A stretch of 64,000 bases of DNA from Mobula birostris (lineage: Eukaryota): positions 34,913,553 through 34,977,552 of the forward strand of contig NC_092384.1 in the NCBI RefSeq assembly GCF_030028105.1, read 5' to 3'. Position 1 is the first letter of the stretch; each line of letters starts with the position of its first letter. Positions 22,991 through 35,728 of the stretch are shown here, in pieces. Below the pieces are notes generated by a model. That model did not search any database, was not told where the DNA came from, and was given only the letters and a program-made list of their open reading frames with translations. A program made the position numbers and the translations under genes.

Positions 22991-24954
22991 TGAAACGGCA
23001 GGTAAATTGAAAGCACTTTGTGCTTGAGTTCGTAGAAGGAATGTTGGAGAACCAATGATCTAGATAGAATAAGGAACTGAATGAAATTAATATGAGTAAA
23101 AAAAAACAAAGTGCAAAAAGTTAGTGGCTCTGACAAATAATTTCTTAATTACATTTGAGTTTGTTGGAGTAGAGGTAGTTGTACACTACCAGGATGAACT
23201 TGTGAGCTTCTTGAACCTCAAAGCTTGAATGTCCTTCTCTTTTTTGATATTCTCTTGACATCAAAGATAATTTATTCCCCCACAAGTTCTGTTGATCTTC
23301 AGCTGGTTAGTAAATCCTATGCCATATCTACAAATTGCCACTGCGGGACAGTCATGCATTGGGTGGCTGAATGAGATTTTGCTCTTTTGGCTCCTTTGGC
23401 TCTTGGCATTAAATGCCCAAGATCAGAACTCCAAATTATTCTCGCAGTAGTACAGTATGTACAATGACTTTCACAGTAATTGTGGATAGGGAGCGCTTCT
23501 TGTATAAGATTAGCATTTGTGTCCCTATTAAAAGCGATGCTTAAATAAAAAGTTATTTTCACTATACTATGTCATGTTTTCAGGTCTATTTTTTGTTACA
23601 AGTGCCCAGATAACTGTGAATGACTGTTACCAGTTGTCAACCCTAACCCAATACAACATTAGAAGAAGTAGTGAAGAGCACAAAGAAATCCAATCCTTGT
23701 TTTTGAAATACTATGTTGGCAGCAATCGTCTAATCTCTTCTGCATTGACATGGGCTTTGGTGCAATTCAAGTGAATGCTGAGAGTTTAATTTATAATATG
23801 TAGTGTTCAGTGAATCTGGCCTTACTACCCTTTTCTACACAGTCAAGGGGGAATAATGACCATACCTGGAAGTTGACACTCACTAGCAGCCCATTTTAAC
23901 CACTGATCTGCCTCCAAATGAATATTACAAAGAGAACATTGCTGACGAAAATCCAGTAAATACACAGTACCGTCTAGGTTAAAATACTTACATTTATACA
24001 CAGATTTATTAATGGAGTTATTTAACAGCTTATATCATGTAAAATATGAAGTATGATAATTTAAATGCTTCTAAATTGAAAATCATTAGCTTTTGGGAGA
24101 AACAAAATAGATTTTAGGCTTGAATGGACACATTTTTCAAGGAGTGAGTTAACAAAGGACCCGAAGGGTTGGCTCTAGTCCAGCTGAACATCACTGAACC
24201 TGAAAATAAATTTGAGAGCTGAAAGTCAAGCAGAATCCAATTGCTGAACTTTCTCTGAAGGTATTGTTAATGAAAAGTATAAAGTGCTTTTAATGATAAC
24301 CTTGAAGCCAGTGCCTAGTTTACCTGGCTCTTTTCACCACATCCTGAGAAAGGTGATATAACTAATCATACAGATGAACCCGTGAATGTTTCAACACCAT
24401 GAGTTGTGAGCTGTTTGCACTATGTTCTTGTTTCTCATCTGATTATGGCCAATCACAAATACTCTACAGTGGCTGATTGCTATTAAAAAATTTGTAATTT
24501 TGGAAGTACTTAACTTGTCAATACAATCACATTGTTGGTTACAATGATGGAAATGTGCATTTGTTGCAGATGAAAGATCATTTTATCCCAGTTTATTAAT
24601 GCATTTGGGCTCCTGGAACAACCAAAGAATGGAACTTGTTGACAGAATTCCAGTGCATTTACAGTGCAGACTTTAGTGAATGCTTTTTAATTATAAAGAA
24701 TATTCTCGCCACTGAGAAACGATATCCAGTCAGTTTGTATGGTCCGTATATTACGTTGTCGATTTTATTTAATTTCTTGACATCCTGGCGGAAAGTTACT
24801 CGTAAGTAATTATAGCAGAACCAAGACTGAATTTTTAGCCTTTGTGTCTCAAATGAGATAAATGAGAGAAGCAACAGTAAGAGAACATTCTGAAATTATT
24901 CAGCCGGTCAGACTGCATCTGTGGAGAGGAAATATAATGCACAGCTTCTGGTAG

Positions 24955-27900
24955 AGTCAAAGAATAATACAGCACAAAAACAGGCTCTTCGGTCTAATTG
25001 GTCCATGCTAATAACAACCCCAGCTAGTCCCAGTTAGCTGTGTTTGGTCCATAATCCTCTAAGCCCCATCCTCCATGTATTTAGCCAATTGCTCTTAATA
25101 TTAACCTGGAAGCCAGTGCCCAGTTTACCTGGCTCTTTTCACAGCATCCTGAGAAATGTGAGAAAACTAATCATAGACCATTTCCTCTGACAGCTCATTC
25201 CATGTACTCACTCCCTCTGTGTGAAGAAGTTACCTCTCAGAACTCTTAAATCTCTCTCCTCTTACCTTGTGCCATCTTGTTTTGGACTCTCCAACCCTGG
25301 GGAAAAGCCAATTTGCTGTACCCCTCATGATTTTATAAATTTCAGTGAGATCACCTTCCAAGGCCAACCTCTCACAAAGCTGTTGTCCAGGCAGCATCCT
25401 CGCCCCTCTCAAGCTTGACATGGTCTTTCCTACAAAGGGGTGATCCATACTGTACACAGCACCTCAAGTGTAGCCTCAGTAATGACTTGTATAACTGTAG
25501 GCATAATGTCCCTACTCCTAAACTTAGTGCCCTGATTGATGAAGGCCAGTATGCTAAACACCTTCTTCTCCACCCTATCTGATAGTGTGGCTACTTTCAG
25601 CGAACTGGGCACCTGTACTCCCAGGTCCCTTTGTTCCATAGTACTTGTCATTGCCTTGCCATTCACTGTATAAGTCCTTCCCTGCTTTCATTGTCCAAAA
25701 TGCCTCACCTCATACTTACCTAAGTTGAAATCCACTTGCCGTGCTTCAGCTTCTTAATACTGAGCCGATTCTGAATCCACATGGCTGGCTGCCCCTGAAT
25801 CTTATGCAACGTAACCTACCAGATCATCCTAGATCTTGTCAAAGCCTTATTAAAATCCATATAGACAACACTCACTGTCCTACCTTCATCTACGTCCCTA
25901 GTTACTTCTTCGTCAATCTCTGCCATGATCTCTGATATACAAAACCATGCTGACTGTTCCAGATCAGGTCTCTACCAAGTGATGGTAGGTCTTACCCTTC
26001 TAAAATTCTCTCCAGTAATTGCATTCCAGTAACTGAAGTAAGGCTCACCGGCCTGTAGTTCCCTAACCTGTTCTGCTATCCTTCTTGAACAGTGGAACAA
26101 CGTCATCCACCCTCCAGCCTTCTTGAACATCAAATATCTCTACAAATGCCTCTGCAATTTCTTTCCTGTCCTCCCATAAGGTCCAGAATGCATTTGGTCA
26201 GCCCAGATGGACTTAACCACCTTAATGTGTGTAAAGGCTGCAAATACCACCATCTCTTCTTAGTCATCCTTTTACTGTTAATGTACTGTATAGCTGAAGA
26301 ACCTCATGGGATTAACTTTAATCCTGCCTGCCAAATCCATCTCATGCCCCTTTTTATCCTACCTGATTTCCCTGTTAAACCCGCTGTTAAACTTTTTATA
26401 TTTGTCAAGGAATACATTAGTACCCAGATGCCTACATACAGTGCGCCATTTCTTCTTTTTCCTTACCGAGCCCTGATATCTTCCCTGTCTTTCACCCTAA
26501 CAGGAGCATTCTGTCCGTGGACTCCTGTTGTGACCCCTTTGAAAGCCTTCCACCTTGCTAATTGTTTCTTTGCCTTTAAATGGTGTCAGTCAGTTGACCC
26601 CAGTTATGGCCCTCAAAGTTAGCCCTGCTCTCGTTCAGGGTTTCACCATATGGTCCTGTTCTGTCTTTTTTCAAAAACTATTTTAAAACTTACAGAATTG
26701 TGGTCACTGGACCCAAAGCACTCTCTGACTACCCCTTCAGTTACTTGACCTGCTTCGTTCCCTCAATGGAGGTCTAGTATTGCCCTTTCACAAGTAGTTT
26801 CCCCTATGTACTACATGAGGAAACTTGGACACATCACATCAATTCCAATCCAATGAGGCTCTTTGCATTTAGATGGCCAAGTCAAAACTGGGAAAATTTA
26901 AATCTCCCACTAGCAATTATCTGCTATTTCCACAACTATGAGTCGTTTCTCAACACATCTGCTCCTCAAGCTCTCTATCTAGGGTGGGGGGTGGGGTGGT
27001 AATGTAGCCCTGCTTTGTACCCAAATGGCCACATTACATGTTCACTCAATAATATTGTTTCTTAGCACTGCTGTTATGTCCTTCCATATTGAAAAGACAA
27101 CCCCCACTCCACTCTTATCTGTTCTCTGTTGCACCTAAAGCATCAGAGCACTGTGCTGTTAGTCCTGCTATTCTCTCAGCCATATTTCTGTTATGGCCAG
27201 AATATTCCCTTGAAGCAATCCACACCCTCAGTTTTCCCTGTAAGCACTGAAGCATTGAATTAAAATGCACCCATTTTGATGCATCTCAACATATAGTGAA
27301 ATAGATGCAATTTAAAGCAGCGATCCTATCTGCATTTTGACTGTAAACATGGCTACCCTGATTGCTACGCTAACACTCTTTGGTTGCTAAATGTATTTGT
27401 CTTCTAGGTGACTTTATTCTCTTGAGACCCGCCATGCTGCCAGTCTCCTTTAACCCTTTCCGAGTGGCCTAAGCAAATGTTCCTGCTCGGATATTGGTCC
27501 CCCTCTAGATCAAGCACAACTCATCCCCCTTGTACAGGTCGTTTCTACCAAAGAAGAGATCCTAATGATCCAAGAACTTGACTTACTAGCACGTAACACT
27601 AGGAGTAATATGGATATCATTACCCATTGGCATACATTTCAATTTCTTATCTTACTCCATATACTCATCCCGAAGGATCTCATACCTTGTTGTATGTATG
27701 TCACTTATACTCTGTGTACAATGTCCTCTGGCTGTTTATTCTCCCCTTTCAAGTTCAAGTTTAATGGTTATTCAACCATACACATAAATACAGCCAAATA
27801 AAACAGTTTTTCTCTGGGGCAAAGATGCAAAACACATTGCCAACACTCACACACAGCACACAACACAAATAATTATGATAGCAGAAACGCATACAGTTAA

Positions 27901-28290
27901 GGAAAAAATAACAAGACTCTAAGTGACATGGTCTGGAGATTGATGGTGCATGGATGTAGTTCTGGAGCCACATTTCTGCAAGAAAAAAGATGCAGCAGTT
28001 TATCATCATGTGCTGGTGTAGCCTATTGAGAAGTTTCTGTAGTTGTTCAGAGGCGTCTTGATCCTGGCATCCAGGAGGCAACACACCATCTTGGTGTCTC
28101 TGCTGCAGCCATGGAATCCTCTTGTCTGTCTCCCTCACTATCAGGTCTCCCATCACTATCACTCCATCTAACTGCAAACGTGTCCCTCTGAGCATCAAAA
28201 CCAGTATCGGTGTCAGAAACCTTACTACTGCTCTTAGCCCCTGAATGGACATCCCCTTCAACAGTATCCAAAGACATATACAGTACCTGG
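24955..28290 (-). mobile_element. Long decayed CR1 (3' end to ORF1), with a Rex1-type tail fragment at ~27750-28020
   Basis: ORFs 25230-25666 (QRDLGVQV, GDLTEIYKIMRG) and 27761-28261 (VMGDLIVRETD, ORF1 esterase). Confidence 0.75.
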
Positions 28291-31200
28291 TTGTGCTAAG
28301 TTGTTGCAGCTTTAGGCAGGGATCTCAAATTTTGTGAATGTTATCGCATTGTGTTACTCCAAGTTTTCCTAATAATGGCTGAACATTTGGGAAGCAAGTC
28401 AGTCCCGTTAATTTGATCTAGAATAGTTTTCCTCAAAAGCAAGGAAGCTTATATTTGCTGTCTTGTGATAATCCAGTCACAAATAGGTACTTAATGCAAG
28501 GAACAGCAAATGCCAATTTTGCTTTCATTTCTCTGTGGTATACCCTGAGCTCACCTTTTTCTATCTCCTTTGTAATTGTAAAATGATTACTAATTGCAAA
28601 GGGCTTTGTTGTAATGGAACTCCCAGACCCATACATGACCGGTTTATAAAAGTGAAAGAAGATAAATCAGCTGAAAATTTAAACAAAGATCTGGCAAAAC
28701 AAGTCTCAAGACATTTAAGTATGATAGTAGGGTCACGTGATTAGCAGAAGTAAATATTTTCTATTCTTGTTAAAATGCTGGAATATGACAATATTACTCC
28801 TTTGAAATATGGTTAGTCTCCTGTCCCTAATCTGTACCAGTACCACTTGAGATCTTGCATTTCATCAAAATGCTTAAAGCTAAAAAGGTAGTTGTAGTAT
28901 GCTCCACTTCTCTATTGCTATTCTTTGTTGTAATACTGATGAATAACAGCTCTTGTTCCTTCGCACAAAGAATATGATCACAGAGGCCCTCAAGATGCCT
29001 GAGGTCACTTGCATCTAACAGAATAGAGAAAAGAAGAATTCATTAAAGTGCTGATAATATTGGCATCATTTTACATTGACCTTCCTGTGTTCCACTGTGA
29101 GGCAAAGCTAATGAAATCTATACATGAGCTTGCCAGATATGTCTGTTATCTTTTCTTATTTTACTTCGGATTATTGCACTAGATTCTCGTGCATGACAGC
29201 ACATATTTCATGGATTCAATACTATTTTATTTCTGAGGTTCCATTTGCTGGAGAAAAAAATGTTAAAATCAAATACAAATTAGGTTATGCTTAAACTACT
29301 GCTAAGCCCTGCACACATACCAAGGTTTATATTACAGTGCAGATTTATAATGCATATATTCTGATGAGGCTACATTTAATTGCTTTTATTAAATGGCTTA
29401 AAGGTGAGTAATATTTTTTATCAAAATATCAGCATCAATAATTCTTTGACTGAATGGAGAAGTGAATGTAAAACTAGTTCCTGCTAAGCAACAGATAGAG
29501 GGATTTCCAGTCAAGTTAATTGTTCTGTTACCATTATTGACAGAATTTTAGGCAAACAGCATGCTGAGCTGGAGCCCAGTTATTGTTTTATGTTAGGTAA
29601 CATTTAATTAGCTTTGGAAATTACTTGTGGCTGAAACACTGATAGTGTGTCTTATCTTTGAATGGTTTATTCATTGCTATATATGAGCATGCACACTTTG
29701 AAATATTCCTATGAGGACCTGGCATTAGAATCATATACTTAATGTAGATTTAATTAACTTGATTTGATGAGTTGGGACACTAGGACTGACTGATGCCAGA
29801 TCTATTGGTGATTGTGCAAGTCCTTTAATTTGCCTGAATATAAGAAAAATTTGCAATTTCCACTAAGAGCCTAATCACTTCAAACAAGCAGACATAAAAT
29901 GCCAGATGACATGTTGTGATTACATCTCCTGCTGGTGTATGGTACATTAAGCCATAAATGCAATTTAATATAACCTTATTGTTTTTACCACTTACCTTGA
30001 ATAACAAATTGCATTTAATTTGTCTTTTGCTTCTACTCTCAATATTTGTCCATTAAATAGATGGAAAATGTTTACATTCTGTTTTTAAAAAAATGTGTAA
30101 CAGTATGACATTGTTCTCTGTAATTGACACATCTCATCCTGAGTGCTTGGCTCCCACTGGAGAAATTAAGGACTTTAATAGTAATTCATGAGGTACATGA
30201 TGGACATTCTAAATTGGCTTGGAGGTAGTGTTAATGTAAATATCCAGTTCATACTGGAAATAACTTGATTTATGGAAAACGTCATCCAGTGAAATAAACC
30301 TTATTAAAATGCATTTTATATGACAATTATTCAAGACATCAATCAATATCATATGACAGCTTTTTAAATTGATGTCTAAAAATTACATATTTTCCCCAGC
30401 AGTATTCCCTATAGTGCTTATTGCTATTATTGTGTAATATATTCATAACATTAAATGCCACAACAACATTTTGTAGTGGGTAATTTTCTATATTAACAAT
30501 AGGAAAAAAATGTAATTAATACTTTCAAAATACTTTTATGCTACTGTTCTACTTTTTCGAGCAAGTTACAAATTGGAAACAAGGTATTTGTCATGTCTTC
30601 CACAGCATCTTTTGAAAGTGATGGATTAACTTCGATGTTCTCTGTTCCATTTATGCTGATGCTAGTCTTCATATTCAGTGCAGCAACCACCAGAAGGATT
30701 AAACAATCCTAACAGAGATCTCCAGCTGCTTTGTCTAATCTGTCAATATTTTTAAAAATAACTTAATGGATATTGATCAGGTATAGGTGAGAGTTTTGTG
30801 TCTTCCAACCAAGATCTGTGCTTGAGTTTATGAGCAATATTTATCAGGGTGTTGCTTTCATTACAGGATAAAGGCTGCCTCTGCTTGAGAGGGAAACATC
30901 ACAATGGTGATATTAATAAAGAAATACAAAGCAATGAGCAAAGAGGCTCAAGGATGCAGATTTTCAGGAGCTTCTCCCTGTATAGTGAATTAAGATGGGA
31001 TAAATTAACAATTGTGCTCACTAAAGGGAAAGGACTTTCAATATTTCCAAAAAATGAGTGATGAAATTTGAGAATTCTGTGGAGAAGAACAATGGTATTG
31101 ATAGGGAAAAGAATGGAAAATGGAATACGCAAGAAAAATAAAAGAAATAAAAGCAGCAATTGGCACTTGACTGCTCTCTATTCAGAAGGTTCTTATCTCT

Positions 31201-31361
31201 TCTTTTACCTCAGCCCCACATCACATAAAGCTAAATATTTGAAAGCCTTTTGGTCTCTGCCTTAAAAATATTCAGCATTTGAGCCTCCATGGTTTACTTG
31301 GATAGTGAATTGCAAAGTTACACTATTTTCTGGATGAAGAAATTTCTGCTTTTCTCCTACA

Positions 31362-34022
31362 AGTTGGTGGGGTGGTTAAGAAGGTGTATGGTGTTTTGGC
31401 CTTCATCACTCAGGGGACTCAGTTCAAGAACTGTGAGGTAATGTTGCAACTGTATAAAACTATCAACAACCCACATTTAGAATATTGTGTTCAGTTCTGT
31501 TCTCCTCATGATAGGAAGTATATAGAAACTTTAGAGAGAGTTCAGAGGAGACTTACTTGGATGCTCTCTAGATTAGACAACATGCTATATGAGGAAAGGT
31601 TGAGTAAGCTGGGGCTTTTCTTTTTGGAATGACAGAGGACGAGAGGTAACTTGATAGAGAAGTATAAGTATGAGAGGCATAAACAGAGTTAGAAGGGCAG
31701 CATTGGCCATTATCAGAGAATGTGCATCTAAGGTGTGTGGAGGAAAGTTTAGGAGAGATGTCAGAAGTGTTTTTTTTTACATGTGTGAATCTAGAATGGT
31801 CAGATGGGCGTGGTGATAGAGGCTAACACAATAAGGACATTTAAGAGACTCTTAGACAGGAACAGGGATAAACTTACCTAAGAGCCGGAAGAGGCTTCTT
31901 CAGTGTCACCATAGCAGTCTAGTCCAAGTTACTGTGGATTAACCCCCTGCACTAAAAGGACACGAAGAACTTGCTAAAAGATTGGATGGATATCAACGAT
32001 TGATGGAGAGAGCACTTTCAACAAAATCTTAACCGCGACAGCGCTGCTGAACCGAAGGTTACTAACCATATCCTCCAGGGATCTGTGAGAGGAGACATGA
32101 GGGAAACTCTGAGAATAAAGGGGATTCATGATGCCTGAAAACCAACCGAGCCACTGGTCCTGACGGGATCCCAGCAGAGAGCCTCAGGGAAGATCATTCA
32201 GATCTCCTGCAGCACATCCTCAGGAAAGGAGGACCAGATCTCCTGCAGCACAGAAAGTCTGGGAAAGAGAACAATTTCCCAAGCTCAGGGATTCTCTAAA
32301 AGTGACCATATTCAAGAATGGAGATGAGGTATATTGTGGCAAATACAGAGGCATCTCCCTCCTGTCAACAACAGGCAAAGTGTTTGCATGATTCCTTGTC
32401 AATCAACTTCTTCGCTATCTGAGGAAGAAATCCCTGAGTCACTGTGTGGTTTCTACTCATCCAGAGGTACCACAGACATGATCTTCACAGCACACCAATT
32501 ACAGGAAAAGTGCTGTGAGCAAAGGCAACCTTTGTCCTTAGCTTTCATAGATTTGACAAATGTATTTGATGCAGAAGATCCCAATCTCTCTGGCGTACAC
32601 AATCAAGGCATGACTGCCTGGACAAGTACTTACGAATACTGAGGTTATTATATGATGGCACAGTACTCAGCAACAGTGGAGCTCAATTAGAACCCTTCAT
32701 TGTCAAGACAAGGGTCAAACAGGGCTGCATCATTACACACAACCTTTATGCCATCTTTATTGCTGCCATCCTTCAACTCTTTGGCCAAGACTTGCCCCAG
32801 GGAATCCAAATCCTGTATAGAATTGACTTTTCTACCTCAACTAGTTCAAGGCCAAGAATAAGGTCAGCACCATCATTATCATGGAGTTTCGGTATGTGGA
32901 TGACAATGCCATCACAGTGCACTCTGAAGAAGACCTCCAATATATCCTGAATGCCTTTGCCAAGGCATATTGAAACCTGAGTCGTCTCTTGAATATAAAC
33001 AAGACACAGGTCCTATATCAGCCATAGCCCAACCAGCCATTTGTCCAGCCTTCCATAAAAGTTGATAATATCGTCCTTGAAAATGTAAACCATTTCCCTA
33101 CCTTGGCAGCATTCCCTTCTCAAAAGCAGATATCGACTCAGAAATGAATCACTGCCTGAGTAGTGTGAGTAGACCCTAAGCAAGATTAAGGAAAAGACTC
33201 TTTGAAGATCACAGCCAACAAGGTCCAACCAAACCTTTTAGTCTATAGAACAGTTGTCCTTTCTACGTTACTGTATGCAGCTGAATCATGGACCACACAG
33301 TCTAGGCTCCTGAAAGCCCTGGAACAGTACCACCAAATATTCTTATGAAAGACTCTAAGGATCAGCTGAAAAGACAGGTGCACTAACATCAGCATACTGG
33401 AGGAGGCCAACATGAACAGCTTCTTCACCGTGACAAAGTAATGCCAATTCTGATGGATAGGTCATGTTAGCCTGATGCTTAACTCTCGTCACCACAAACA
33501 GATCCTTTACTCCCAGCTGAAAGGAGGTCGGTGAGCCACTGGTGGGCAAAGGACATGCTTCAAAGATAACATCAAACTAGCCTGAAGAAATCAAATATTA
33601 CACCTAAAGGCTGAGAAGACATTGCACTCAATCGATACACCAGGAGGAAATCTGTTCAAGAGGACGGTGCACTACATGAGAATGACCTCTGTTGTGCTGC
33701 AGAGAACAAGCGTAAGCTGTGAAAGGCAAGACTGAACACCCAAAAGACCCAACCATTAACCACAGCTACCACTTACTCTTACCCACGCTACACCAGAAGA
33801 TGTGGATCCCAAATTTACCTTTACAGCCACCTGAGGACCCACCAATGGACTACCGCTTAGGAAAACATCAAACTTGACTCAGGTGACATTGATGTAAGAA
33901 GATTGAAGGGTTATGAGCTGTGTAGGAGGAAAAGTTCGACTGATCATGGAAAAGGTTTATAGAGGTCAGCACAATGTAATGACTGAAGAGCCAGTACTGA
34001 GTTGTACTGTTCTATGTTCTGT
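31362..34022 (+). mobile_element. CR1 3' region, split by an RTE insertion
   Basis: ORF 31372-31632 (PHLEYCVQFCSP...ERVQRR); 3'UTR resumes at ~33891 and ends gttctatgttct. Confidence 0.8.
31870..33890 (+). mobile_element. RTE LINE, decayed
   Basis: YRGISLLS..GKVFA; ORF 32334-32642 (PESLCGF...RGTTDMIFTAHQLQEKCCEQ...AFIDLT); GVKQGC; YVDD. Confidence 0.85.
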
Positions 34023-34329
34023 GTCATGGAAGCTTGTTATATAGAGATGGTTACCTCTGTTTCAAGACACCCCTACCTGGGAACATCAATCCCACATCTT
34101 CCCTGTTATGCCTTTAGAAATTTTGTATGTTTCACTGAATACGTCATATTCTCAATGGAGTAAATGCCTGCTTAATCTCCTCCTTGCAAAATGAGCCCAC
34201 CATCCCAGAAATCAGCTTGATGAATCTTTGCTCAACTTAGTCTGATCCTATTCTATCCTTCTTTAGGTAGGTAGACAGAATGGCATAGCTTAGAATTGTT
34301 CCCTTCATCATTCTATATGCACTATAAGC

Positions 34330-34366
<37 letters not shown>

Positions 34367-34370
34367 GTAT
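34330..34370. repeat. (TA)n(TATG)n microsatellite
   Basis: tatatatatatatatatatatatatgtatgtatgtatgtat. Confidence 0.95.
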
Positions 34371-35728
34371 TTGTGTGACTGTATGTTTACTGATATCTTA
34401 TATTTGCTATATGTGCCTTGTTGGTCTGTGTTTTATACCTGGGCCCTGGAGGAATGCTGTTTCGTTTGATTGTATTCATAGGTATTAATACACGGTTGAA
34501 TAATAATTGAACTTGAACTTGATATAATTGGAATAACTCTACTCATGTACTCAAAATTCTCTTGCAGTAAAAGCCAACAAATCCTTTGAATTCATGATTG
34601 CTTTCTCAACCTGCATGTTAAATTTTAATGATTCTTGTTCAAGCACCCTTAGGTCCCATTGAAAACCAAAGCCTTTCAATATTTTATCATTAAATAGAAA
34701 GTATGTGATTTTTTTTTTCTAACCATGTAGATCATGTCATATTTTCCAGATTATATTTCTATCTACCTTTCACCAATCCTATTTAAATTACATTAAAGTA
34801 TCTATTTATCTTCCCTACAGTTCATACTCTTTCTTTGTAAACTTGGATATTTGTTCCCCTCACTCAAGTCATTGATCTAGACTGTGCATAACTGAGAGCC
34901 CAGACCAATCTTGCAGCACCTCTCTAGTCACAACCTTCTAAATTAAAATAATCCGTTTATTCATCTTTCTTTGTCTGTTTATCAATCTTTAATTCAAGGC
35001 AAAATGCTACCCCTAATTCCCTACACTCTAATGTTGCTGCATGGTAGCTTATCATTATAAGCTAGCAAATAACACAAAAATATAGGAGCACACACAAAAT
35101 GCTGGAGGAACTCAGCAGGGCAGGCAGCATCGATTGAAAAGAGTAAATATAGGTTTGCTTAATATTCAAGAAGGATATAACCCCTTCCAACCTTTTATGC
35201 ACAAGGTTAAAAGAAAACATTCTACTGTAGTGGTGTGCTGCACACAGCGCTAGAATATCGACACGTAGTCGGTGAGTTGGAGTTGTGATAAAAGAGATTT
35301 ATTCAAACTTCGCCATCTCCTTTAAAGCCTTCCCGTTCCCGCCCTCCCTGGGCGGGACTGCTGTGGGGAATGAATATTTGCAGACCCTTCCCGCGCACGG
35401 GATTTTCTGCCTTCTGGTGAAGATAGCCTGGCGCCCTTTTTGGGGCTGGTCTCTCTGCCGGCACGCGCCAGATCGTGTGTGCTAGAAAGTGGGTCGCCAC
35501 ATAACCCACCCCGCCCCCAGAACCGGTGATACATCCCCCAGTGTCCACAGACTGGATCGGCCTCTGTTTGAGTGGTCTGCCCCTACACCGCGGTGCCTGA
35601 GCCTGGACCGGCTGCGCCAAGTCCACATTGGCTGGTTTGAGTCGGTCCACCGTGAAAACCTCCTCTCTACCCCCAATGTCCAGCACGAACGTGGACCCGT
35701 TGTTCCTGATCACCTTAAACGGCCCTTC

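Noticed and set aside
26092-26622. 176-aa plus-strand ORF
   Set aside because: Antisense to decayed CR1.
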